From NCBI GenBank assembly GCA_030614005.1, contig JAUWKS010000005.1:82604-114603 (forward strand): 32,000 nt of DNA, written 5' to 3'. This document shows, piece by piece, positions 1-8,277 of the stretch; position 1 is the first letter of the stretch; each line of letters opens with the position of its first letter. The stretch is from Candidatus Heimdallarchaeota archaeon. GTDB lineage: Archaea > Asgardarchaeota > Heimdallarchaeia > JABLTI01. The notes beneath the pieces were generated by a model. That model saw only the letters and a list, made by a program, of their open reading frames with translations. It ran no database searches and had not been told where the DNA came from. Position numbers and translations under genes: made by a program.

Positions 1-82
1 AAAAAATCTTCCCCAAAACTTATGATTTGTCAAATAGCTATTAACGGATGTCATTTAAATACCTCTCTGAATTAGATAGAAT

Positions 83-90
83 TTATAAAA
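83..90 (+). promoter_or_regulatory. Putative archaeal TATA box of the amidase gene
   Basis: TTTATAAA preceded by purine-rich GATAGAA (BRE-like), about 50 nt upstream of the ATG at 139. Confidence 0.4.
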
Positions 91-138
91 ATGAAAATAA
101 TACTATATTCCAATCTGTAACATTAAGAGTGAACAAAG

Positions 139-1638
139 ATGGACGAGTACAGCATTGATCAGATTCAAGAAAAAATGGAAAATGGGGAACTAACAGCAAG
201 GAAAATCATCGAGGTATTTCTAAATAGAATCCAAGAAGTAGACAAAAATGGACCAAAAGTAAATGCGATTATAGAGATTAATCCTGATGTACTAGATATT
301 GCAGATACTCTCGATAAGGAACGCAAAAACAAGAAAGTTCGTGGACCACTACACGGCATCCCAGTTGTTATTAAGGATAACATAGAAACGGCAGACAAAA
401 TGATGACTACTGCTGGATCTCTTGCTCTCGAAGGGCATATAGCTTCTCAAGATTCATTTATTGTTCAGAAACTCAGAGATGCAGGTGCAATCATATTGGC
501 GAAAGCAAACCTCAGTGAGTGGGCTAATTTTCGTTCAACACGTTCTTCCAGTGGTTGGAGTAGTCGTGGAGGTCAAACATTGAACCCCTATGTTCTTATT
601 AGAAGTCCTTGCGGTTCGAGTTCAGGTTCAGCAGTAGCTGTTGCAGCGAATTTATGCACGGTAGCAATTGGTACAGAAACAGATGGCTCCGTTATTTGTC
701 CAGCTCAAATAAACTCTGTTGTTGGAATAAAACCCACTGTCGGATTAGTAAGTCGTTCCGGAATTATTCCTATAAGTCATACTCAAGATACTGCCGGACC
801 AATGGGAAGAACTGTTCGTGATGCAGTTATACTACTAAATGCCCTTGTAGGTGAAGATACTCGAGATAGTGCTACAACAAAACATACAAAGAAACTTCCT
901 GAAGATTATACTGAATTTTTGGTGGGAAATGGATTAAAAGGTGCAAGAATAGGCGTTGCTCGAAATTACTTTGGCAAAAATGATAATGTGGATAAACTAA
1001 TGGAACAAGCAATTGAGACAATGAAAGATTTGAGTGCAGAGATTATTGATCCAATAGAAATTACTACTTTGAAAGATTTTGGAGATTCAGAATTCCAAGT
1101 CCTATTATTTGATTTTAAAAATGACTTGAATGCATTTTTAGCTACAACAAGTTCTGGTTGTAAAAATCGAACCTTGAAAGATATTATTGAATTCAACAAA
1201 GAACATAGTGAAGAAGTGATGCCTTATTTTGGGCAAGAGCTACTAATTAAAGCGGAAGAAAAAGGTCCATTAACAAGTAAGGATTATTTGGAAGCATTAG
1301 AGAAATGCGATAAATATGCTCGAAAAGAGGGTCTAGATAAAATTTTGGTTGAAAATAAACTTGATGCTATTATTGCTCCGAGTGGGGGAATAGCATGGCC
1401 AATAGATTGGGTAAATGGTGACCATTTCACTGGAGGAAGCTCTTCAATTGCTGCAGTAGCAGGGTACCCAAATATTACTGTTCCATTAGGATATGTTTGG
1501 GGTTTACCAGTAGGTATTTCATTCTTTAGTGGCGCATTTCAAGAACCTATTCTGATAAAATTAGCTTATGCATTCGAGCAAGCAACCAAAGTTAGGCAGC
1601 CACCGAAATTTTTGAAAGAAGTAAATTACGAGAAATAG
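139..1638 (+). CDS. Amidase signature family enzyme (peptide amidase/Pam-like)
   Basis: 499 aa; GPLHGIPVVIKDN (catalytic Lys), GSSSGS (cis-Ser), GTETDGSVICPA (nucleophile Ser, Pam-type variant of the motif). Confidence 0.92.
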   Translation: MDEYSIDQIQEKMENGELTARKIIEVFLNRIQEVDKNGPKVNAIIEINPDVLDIADTLDKERKNKKVRGPLHGIPVVIKDNIETADKMMTTAGSLALEGHIASQDSFIVQKLRDAGAIILAKANLSEWANFRSTRSSSGWSSRGGQTLNPYVLIRSPCGSSSGSAVAVAANLCTVAIGTETDGSVICPAQINSVVGIKPTVGLVSRSGIIPISHTQDTAGPMGRTVRDAVILLNALVGEDTRDSATTKHTKKLPEDYTEFLVGNGLKGARIGVARNYFGKNDNVDKLMEQAIETMKDLSAEIIDPIEITTLKDFGDSEFQVLLFDFKNDLNAFLATTSSGCKNRTLKDIIEFNKEHSEEVMPYFGQELLIKAEEKGPLTSKDYLEALEKCDKYARKEGLDKILVENKLDAIIAPSGGIAWPIDWVNGDHFTGGSSSIAAVAGYPNITVPLGYVWGLPVGISFFSGAFQEPILIKLAYAFEQATKVRQPPKFLKEVNYEK

Positions 1639-1656
1639 GTAAACAATTCATAGAAT

Positions 1657-1676
1657 GTATCCTTGGATACTTTTTT
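1657..1676 (+). terminator. Putative terminator after amidase
   Basis: GTATCC-TT-GGATAC inverted repeat followed directly by T6, 19 nt after the stop codon. Confidence 0.4.
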
Positions 1677-1722
1677 GAGGGAATGTATCCAAAATATACC
1701 ATAAAACACTCAACAACCAATT

Positions 1723-2037
1723 GTGAACAATATGACTGATAAAATATATCGTTCAATAAGTGAAAATATTATGAATAAAGAAATTACTCTTAGAGGCATT
1801 GCTATGGATGCAAAAGGTGGTGCAGTACTCATATTATTCGAGGGAGAAGTAATCTATTTGCAAAATATGGACAGTTGGGATGATGCTTTATTCAATAAGG
1901 GCGTTCTTGTAAAAGGGTTATTGGTTGAAAAAAAATTAATTCCTGATCCTATTGTTGCAAAAGATGGAGCGATAAGTGCAGGTGCTATTGGCACTCAATA
2001 TGTTTTAGAGAATGCAAAAGTAATACAGAAAGAATAA
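1723..2037 (+). CDS. Hypothetical protein, beta-rich (true start may be ATG at 1732)
   Basis: 104 aa ORF with protein-like composition (GIAMDAKGGAVL...W...V.VKG.L); no function recognised. Confidence 0.7.
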   Translation: MNNMTDKIYRSISENIMNKEITLRGIAMDAKGGAVLILFEGEVIYLQNMDSWDDALFNKGVLVKGLLVEKKLIPDPIVAKDGAISAGAIGTQYVLENAKVIQKE

Positions 2038-2106
2038 GAAACTCTTGACCTCAGAATTTCTTACAATTTCGTTTTATAGATTACTAGTTGACACTATATT
2101 TGTGTA

Positions 2107-2256
2107 TTAATCTTCGCTAGCTTTCATGTTATCCCAGAATTCTTTTGGTGGGTGTGCTAAATTCCAATCTACTCGAGTATCATGAATTACTCGAGAGCAA
2201 TATGGATCTCCTTGAGCAATAGTATGTTCCATTGTTAATATGAAATTTGTCTCATA
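2107..2256 (-). pseudogene. 3' remnant of an L-2-amino-thiazoline-4-carboxylic acid hydrolase-like (ATC_hydrolase/4VR-like) gene
   Basis: Open frame YETNFILTMEHTIAQGDPYCSRVIHDTRVDWNLAHPPKEFWDNMKASED*; T-x2-(Q/E)-G-D-x2-C C-terminal motif; in-frame TAG at 2257-2259, so the N-terminal part is absent. Confidence 0.55.
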
Positions 2257-2276
2257 CTATTTTTAATTCCTTATTT

Positions 2277-3526
2277 CTAATGATTATTTTTCTTTTTTTT
2301 GTAGACTGTTTTTACAACCTTTCTTTTCTTAGAGATATTTTTTCGAGTCTTCAAAGTGTCTCTTGATTTTGGATAGATGCCTGATGTATTTCTAACCTTA
2401 TTTTGTAATAACTGAAACGCAAAAGCTGATGTTGAAAAAGTAGTTGCATCAATTGTTTTTGCAATTTCTGCTAATTCCTCATCAAACATTCGGACAAATA
2501 ATTCTATTTGAGGATACTTTTTCTTAACTGCTACAGTTAAAATGATTGCATCTGAGAATAGTTCCTCTGTATTCCAGCAGATATACATCTGAGAAATTTT
2601 ATTCATATCACATCGTTCTTCTAAGTTCTCAACAAATTGCACTCGTTCCTCAAAAGATGAACATTCGGTAAATCTTTGTAGACTTCTGCATCAATTTCAG
2701 GATCGATTAGATAGACATTACTTTCTAAATGGTTGCCGAAATAATCAACCATACGAACAACAATACTATCATTTTCTAAAACTATTATACTGTTCTCTTT
2801 AGTAATCTTCTCACTCCATTTCACAACAGAATTCATCGTCCATTTGGATAAGGAAAAGGTGTATGCATTCCAAGGTTCGCTAGTTAAATACTCTCTAAAG
2901 TGATCATTGAAAACGCGCATATAAAGATCACAGGTACTATTTAGTTCCCTTACTTTTACCGCTGCAATTAAAGCTCTTCGAAGGTCACTAGTAACACAAA
3001 TAACTTCCTTACATTTTTTGACTCCAGCAAGTTCCATAATATCAATGTCAGTATAATCTCCTACAACAACTGGTTGATGAAAATTAATGAGATCTTCAAC
3101 TTTGGTCATATCTATTTCCACGACGGAATATGGTTGATTGTTCTCTCTAAGATATTCAACTACACGCTTCCCTAAATGGTTACATCCTAAAACTACTGTA
3201 TGATTAGATTTACGAGATGACATTTTCCTGGAACTTATTATTGGATTATATCCATAGAACTCTTGTAATGTTGTTAGAATAAATGTTAAGATAAGCAATT
3301 CAAACAATAAAGGCCATATGAATTGGTACAAATTGTTCAAGGTTTCACTTGCTTCACTTGGCTTAACACAAATTGATATCAGTAAAATCTCCCAAAACTT
3401 TGCGTCCTTTTCAATGATAAGAAAAGTAATTATCCCTGCTATCCAGAATAATAGAAAAATAAGAAATGGTACTCTAAAATTTTTTAATTGATCCCCGAAT
3501 GTCCTCATTCTGCTACGTGGTTTCAT
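2277..3526 (-). pseudogene. Frameshifted membrane protein with two RCK/TrkA-N domains (K-channel-like architecture); ORFs 2621..3526 and 2277..2642 are one gene
   Basis: Two N-terminal TM helices, HTVVLGCNHLGKRVVEYL Rossmann-like RCK motif, VVVGDYTD, and RMFND/RMFDEE repeated at the end of each RCK. Adding one base to the run at 2652-2655 gives a continuous ...NVHLFEERVQFVENLEERC... (~416 aa). Confidence 0.75.
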
Positions 3527-3760
3527 ACTCTAGTATTAAACTGTAGAAATATAATAAAGCTTGTGAAAAAAACCTTTGAAAATATGTATTCATTATACTA
3601 TGATGTGACTATTATAACCAAAGTTATTCATTGAATGTTTCAAATTTTCATTACATTTCCAGTCGTTTTTTCTCAATCTGATGAGAATGTTTTTTTAGGT
3701 AAATGAAAAATATTCTATTTATACAGATTATTTTAGAGATGAATAAAAGTAGTTGATTAA

Positions 3761-4720
3761 ATGACTTCCTCAATTGATGATTCTGAAGAAAAAAATTACT
3801 CCTTCAATTTTAAAAACACTAAATTCAAATATACTGTAGTTTCCGTCAAATTTTTCGACGAGCTTCAAAAGGACTTGGATAAATTATATCAAAATGAGAA
3901 TCTTAGTACGCACAAAAATTTCCGTGTCTATATCGACAAGATGAAATTTGTTCTACCGGAAGATTTTCCCTCAGCAAAGTATGTTATATTATTAGCACGA
4001 GAAACTAAGCTTGGGTTAATTGATCTCAATTATGAAGGTAAAAAACACCAGATAATGATCTCTCCTGGTTATTTTGGTAAATCGAATTATGATCAAAATG
4101 AACTAATCGATTACATAAAGACGAATATAACAAAGAGTTCTGATTATAGAATTGAACCTGTGACAGGCAATTTGCACATAAAATCAATAACTGTTAGAAG
4201 TGGGTTGGGTCGATATGGCAGAAACAATTTATGCTATATTGATGAAATGGGTAGTTTCATTGCATTACGTGCATACCTCACAGATTTTGATTTTAAAGAA
4301 GAAAAATTCTTTGATATGAGATTAATGGATGCTTGCGAGAATTGTCGAATATGTGTTACAAAATGTCCAACTCAAGCTATTTCTGAAGATAATTCGCCTA
4401 TAGATGTTGATAGATGTATCACCCTTTATAATGAAAATCCCGGTGAATTGCCAGATTGGATAGAACAGCCGTTACATAACGCCTTGTTTGGATGTATGAG
4501 TTGTCAAATGTTTTGTCCTGCAAATAAAGACGTAATGAAGAATCCACTTCATTTAGGTGAACTCACAGAGGAAGAAACGATGTTACTGTTAAAAGGTACA
4601 AAAGACAGTCCTTTGCTTGCTTCAATAAGTGAGAAGCTACAAATTCCAATTGCTAAACATCAGGATTATTATCTATCGGTAATTCAAAGAAACCTTAAAG
4701 TTCTGTTAGAAAAAAGTTGA
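3761..4720 (+). CDS. Epoxyqueuosine reductase (QueG)-like / reductive-dehalogenase-type 2x[4Fe-4S] protein
   Basis: SGLGRYGRNNL, CENCRICVTKCPTQAI, DVDRCIT, GCMSCQMFCP: cobalamin-binding fold region plus double-cluster motif. Confidence 0.8.
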   Translation: MTSSIDDSEEKNYSFNFKNTKFKYTVVSVKFFDELQKDLDKLYQNENLSTHKNFRVYIDKMKFVLPEDFPSAKYVILLARETKLGLIDLNYEGKKHQIMISPGYFGKSNYDQNELIDYIKTNITKSSDYRIEPVTGNLHIKSITVRSGLGRYGRNNLCYIDEMGSFIALRAYLTDFDFKEEKFFDMRLMDACENCRICVTKCPTQAISEDNSPIDVDRCITLYNENPGELPDWIEQPLHNALFGCMSCQMFCPANKDVMKNPLHLGELTEEETMLLLKGTKDSPLLASISEKLQIPIAKHQDYYLSVIQRNLKVLLEKS

Positions 4721-4759
4721 TAATAGATTTTCCTGAGCTAAATCAATTATTTGGATACC

Positions 4760-4791
4760 TTTATTTACATAAAACTGTAATACAATTACAG
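4760..4791 (+). promoter_or_regulatory. TATA-like box plus palindromic operator-like site
   Basis: TTTATTTA at 4760-4767; perfect 7-bp inverted repeat CTGTAAT-ACA-ATTACAG at 4775-4791. Confidence 0.5.
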
Positions 4792-4800
4792 ACAATCAGT

Positions 4801-4923
4801 CGAGATTAGCGGTAACGATATTTCAGATACTTACCTCTCTGATACAATCGTACTAATAATCGCAAAGGAAGGCATTCGTACTTCTGCAAGGTTGATTTGT
4901 CAATTTACAAAGAGGTATAGCTG
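4801..4923 (+). ncRNA. Candidate structured 5' leader (cis-regulatory RNA) of the repeat-protein gene
   Basis: Nested stems 4805-09/4853-57, 4815-19/4847-51, 4823-27/4838-42; loop UACUUACCUC complementary to GAGGUA (4912-4917); further hairpins 4867-71/4881-85 and 4896-4900/4907-11. Pairing found by eye. Confidence 0.4.
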
Positions 4924-6534
4924 ATGAACAATAATACTCGCAAAGAGATATTAGAACAAATTGCAGAAGGAATAATTTCTGCAGATGAAGGTTTTAGACT
5001 TCTTCAAAAATTTGAACGAGCAGATGCTGAAATTTCACATCTGGTTAACATCAATTCTCATACGCCCGTTTCAACAGATGTTTTTAATGAAATATCTACA
5101 AACATTGCACCTTATATTAAACCAGAATTTTTGCTTGCATTACGCGAATTTAATTTCGAAGAAGGTATCACTCACTATGAGTTAAAAGAATTCATTTTGA
5201 AAGAGCTCAATAACGATTATCAGAAAGCTATAGCCAAATATGGTTATAAGAAACTCTCCAAGGATGACCTCTACAGTTTTCTAACAAATGGCATCACCCC
5301 AGAATATTTGTATGAGTTAAAAAGACGTGGCTATTCCGATATTCCAATATCTCAATTGATCAAGATGGGCATTCACAATGTCGAAGTAGATTTTATTGAT
5401 GATTTGAAGGACCAAGGTTATGATGGTTTATCTCCAAATCAATTAGTAAAAATGTCTCTACGAGATGTCACACCCGACTTTATTTCTACATTAAAAGAAC
5501 TCGGTTATCAAAATCTTTCTGTTAATCAATTAGTGAAACTTCAAAGTGCAGGGATAACTGCCAAATATATTATTGAACTTGAAAAGGCAGGATTTAGTGA
5601 ACTTGCCCCCAGTATTTTGTTAAGTTTAATCACTGCAGGTGTAGATAAGGAATTTATCAAAAAAGCACGAAAGGAATTTGGAAAAGATATTCCATTAAAC
5701 CAAATCCTGAAAATGAAAAAATATAGTGTAACAGATTCTTTCGTAAAAGAAATGAAAAGTTTGGGTTATGATAATCTCTCACCAAACCGTTTTGTTGAAT
5801 TGAAAAAGAGTGGTGTAGATACCGGTCCAATAACAAATTTGGAATCTCTAGGCTACTCCAATATTTCAGTCGATACTTTGTTGGAACTACAAAAACATGA
5901 TGTTTCTATGAACTATATCAATAAAGTTCTTGATGCTGGGTTGAAAGTTAAGGATATTGAAGATTTTATCGAACTTTCAAATCATGATGTTTCACCACGG
6001 TTTATTGAACATGTAATGAAATTAGATCTAAATATCAAGGATATTGATGACCTAATCGAACTCTCAAGTCATGATGTTTCTATTGAATATATTCAGAAAT
6101 TGAAAGATAGAAATATCCAAATAAAAAATATCGATGAATTGGTAGAATTTGCAAGTCATGGCGTTACTCCAGAATATATTAGCAAACTTCAAAATGCGGG
6201 TTTGAAAATCAAAGATTTAGATGAATTGGTTGAATTAGCTAGTCATGATGTATCTCCACAATTTATCATTGATTTACAACAATCTGGTTATGGAAAATTT
6301 GACATCGATGATATTATAGAATTACATGATAATGGAATAGATGTTAAATTCATGACAAAAATAGCTGAACTCGGGTATTCTAAACTTGATGTTGACCAAC
6401 TGATCGAGTTCCATAATCATGATATCGATGCAGCATTCATTCAAGCGCTTAAGAATAAAGGAATAAAAAAACTTACTCCTGATAAACTCATTGAAGCAAA
6501 AGAAAATGATTTATTGAATTTCTTTGATGATTGA
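4924..6534 (+). CDS. SHOCT-like N-terminal domain plus 29-aa alpha-helical tandem-repeat protein
   Basis: N-terminus RKEILEQIAEGIISADEGFRLL resembles the YvlB/LiaX/DUF2089-type SHOCT-like motif; 14 full 29-aa repeats and one partial from aa 107. Confidence 0.8.
   Translation: MNNNTRKEILEQIAEGIISADEGFRLLQKFERADAEISHLVNINSHTPVSTDVFNEISTNIAPYIKPEFLLALREFNFEEGITHYELKEFILKELNNDYQKAIAKYGYKKLSKDDLYSFLTNGITPEYLYELKRRGYSDIPISQLIKMGIHNVEVDFIDDLKDQGYDGLSPNQLVKMSLRDVTPDFISTLKELGYQNLSVNQLVKLQSAGITAKYIIELEKAGFSELAPSILLSLITAGVDKEFIKKARKEFGKDIPLNQILKMKKYSVTDSFVKEMKSLGYDNLSPNRFVELKKSGVDTGPITNLESLGYSNISVDTLLELQKHDVSMNYINKVLDAGLKVKDIEDFIELSNHDVSPRFIEHVMKLDLNIKDIDDLIELSSHDVSIEYIQKLKDRNIQIKNIDELVEFASHGVTPEYISKLQNAGLKIKDLDELVELASHDVSPQFIIDLQQSGYGKFDIDDIIELHDNGIDVKFMTKIAELGYSKLDVDQLIEFHNHDIDAAFIQALKNKGIKKLTPDKLIEAKENDLLNFFDD
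5242..6531 (+). repeat. Intragenic 87-nt (29-aa) tandem repeat array
   Basis: Consensus G(Y/L)xxLxxxQLxEL/MxxH(D/G)V(S/T)xEFIxxLxxx in strict 29-aa register; CATGATGT recurs at DNA level in units 8-10 and 12. Confidence 0.9.
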
Positions 6535-6549
6535 ATGATACTGTAAATG

Positions 6550-6597
6550 AAAAAGGGTTATTAAATTGACTAATCCTTTTTTTACTTTCTTTTTTCC
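6550..6597 (+). terminator. Hairpin plus T-tract terminator, possibly bidirectional
   Basis: 11-bp stem AAAAAGGGTTA (6550-60) / TAATCCTTTTT (6571-81) followed by further T runs. Confidence 0.6.
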
Positions 6598-6678
6598 ACC
6601 AAAAGCAATCTTAAAAAAAGTTAATCCTCCCATTATATTAGCTTAATTCCACATTTATGGTATTTCTGCAGATTTCAT

Positions 6679-6832
6679 TCACTCTCTGTTTGAAAATCCT
6701 AAAATTCTATTACAATGTGGACAAGTATACATAAACACACTATATCTAGTATGTTTTATTAATGGAGTTTCCACATGTTTTTCCCAATAAGGACAAAGCA
6801 GGTGGTTTTTGTTCTGATAGTTTCTTAGACAT
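6679..6832 (-). pseudogene. Disrupted small zinc-finger protein (~50 aa)
   Basis: ATG at 6832 reads MSKKLSEQ; removing one A from the A5 run continues as NHLLCPYWEKHVETPLIKHTRYSVFMYTCPHCNRILGFSNRE*; first CxxC reads CPYW, second CPHC is intact. Confidence 0.45.
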
Positions 6833-6913
6833 ATTTATCAAGAAATTGACTATTTTCTAATTGCATTGTTGATTTGCAGTAATTAAAGGTTTTTTACAAA
6901 ACAACAAACAATT

Positions 6914-8113
6914 TTACTTCTGTAAATCTTCAATAGAATCTATTGTAATTTTCTGTAAACATATAGGGCATTTACCTTGTGTTTTTAACCATTCGAAGAG
7001 ATGGGTAAGATGGGCTTTGGATTCACAGAGAGGACATTGACCAATTTCTTGATTTTGTGAAATAGGTAATTTGCAAACAGAACATTTGAGGGTTTCCTTG
7101 TTGCAATTTGAGCAAATTTTCTGAGTTTTAGAAATCGGGCTCATGCAATAATAACATACAAGTCCATTTCTTGCTTCTTTAAAGTTAAATATATTATCAA
7201 TTTCAGCTCTAAATTGAGAATCGCCCAATAACATATTTTGAAGATCTTTCTCTTGTCGTCCTCTTTCGTTTATGATTAAATGTCTCGAGCCACTCTTACT
7301 ATCAAATCGAGCTATCCAAAATAAATGGTAAAAAGTATCAACATTTTCAAATTTGGTTATTTTGAAATCCTTTTTAATTTTCAAAGCATTTCTCATACCA
7401 AGAAACCATTGCCTTTTGAATTTCTCCACAATGCTATTCTGTATAGCAATCTTACCATTTGCTTCTTTTCTTAATTTTCTCGTTTGGTTTTTGAAATCAG
7501 TAGCTTGTTGTCTGTATTCTTTGTATTCAGGCGATGATTTATTAGAGGAGTACATTTCAGCATTTTTTTGAGCAATGTCTGCTTTTTGTTGAAGAGTGTC
7601 AGCTTCTGTAAATAATGGTTGCACTTCTTCTCTAGTTTTTTCTAAATCCAATACTAACTCATCATGACGGTGAATATATATTTCAAATAAGCTAGTATAA
7701 ACAATGCTAGGATCTAAAAACTGAATCACGGGTACATTAATAGTATACGAACCTAAAAGGTGCAAAAGCCTTTTTTCCTCTTTTGAATAAATCAATGTTA
7801 ATGCTTTTCTTCCTCCTTTATCCAGTAAAAGTTTCTGAACAAAAGGAAATGAAAATTTACCCAACATAAAATTACTTCTTGTATGAATTTTAGTTGAAGT
7901 ATCAATAGGAGAATTCTGTTTTGTGTAGCTAATCTCAAATTGCCGTACTGGCCATAACACTGGTTTGAGATAGGTTAATTTTTCAATTATTTTTCTCTGT
8001 AAGAGCCCCCCTTTCTTCCGATGCCTTTCGACTATTTCTTTGATTTTACTTTTCTCTAAATTATTCTGAATAACGCGATAACTCACACGGGAAGGCTCCT
8101 GGAGAAAATTCAT
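6914..8113 (-). CDS. Coiled-coil protein with C-terminal double zinc ribbon and RING-like (C4H2C2) domain
   Basis: CYYC-x10-CSNC then CSVC-x12-CPLC-x4-H-x2-H-LFEW-x6-CPIC; charged helical central segment. Confidence 0.8.
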   Translation of the reverse strand: MNFLQEPSRVSYRVIQNNLEKSKIKEIVERHRKKGGLLQRKIIEKLTYLKPVLWPVRQFEISYTKQNSPIDTSTKIHTRSNFMLGKFSFPFVQKLLLDKGGRKALTLIYSKEEKRLLHLLGSYTINVPVIQFLDPSIVYTSLFEIYIHRHDELVLDLEKTREEVQPLFTEADTLQQKADIAQKNAEMYSSNKSSPEYKEYRQQATDFKNQTRKLRKEANGKIAIQNSIVEKFKRQWFLGMRNALKIKKDFKITKFENVDTFYHLFWIARFDSKSGSRHLIINERGRQEKDLQNMLLGDSQFRAEIDNIFNFKEARNGLVCYYCMSPISKTQKICSNCNKETLKCSVCKLPISQNQEIGQCPLCESKAHLTHLFEWLKTQGKCPICLQKITIDSIEDLQK

Positions 8114-8277
8114 CTTAATATTTTACTTCAGATTGATTTTCAAGTAGAATTAAATGGATATTCATGTTATTTAAACATGATAATACCTCTATTTTGAAGA
8201 AAAAGTGATTTCTTCATTTACTAACTCTTTGTTTAATTACCAACTGTTTTTAAAGCTAATTTGCACTTAATTTCAAT

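Noticed and set aside
2645-2660. Programmed -1 ribosomal frameshift in the RCK gene
   Set aside because: No canonical slippery heptamer or evident downstream stimulator; a homopolymer indel is simpler
4801-4923. PreQ1 riboswitch assignment because the QueG-like gene is adjacent
   Set aside because: The element lies downstream of the QueG-like gene and lacks recognisable preQ1 consensus nucleotides
4781-4924. Open frame of 47 codons ending in a TGATG overlap with the repeat-protein start
   Set aside because: No start codon after the TAA at 4778-80 and no recognisable peptide; the RNA-structure reading fits better, though a remnant is not excluded
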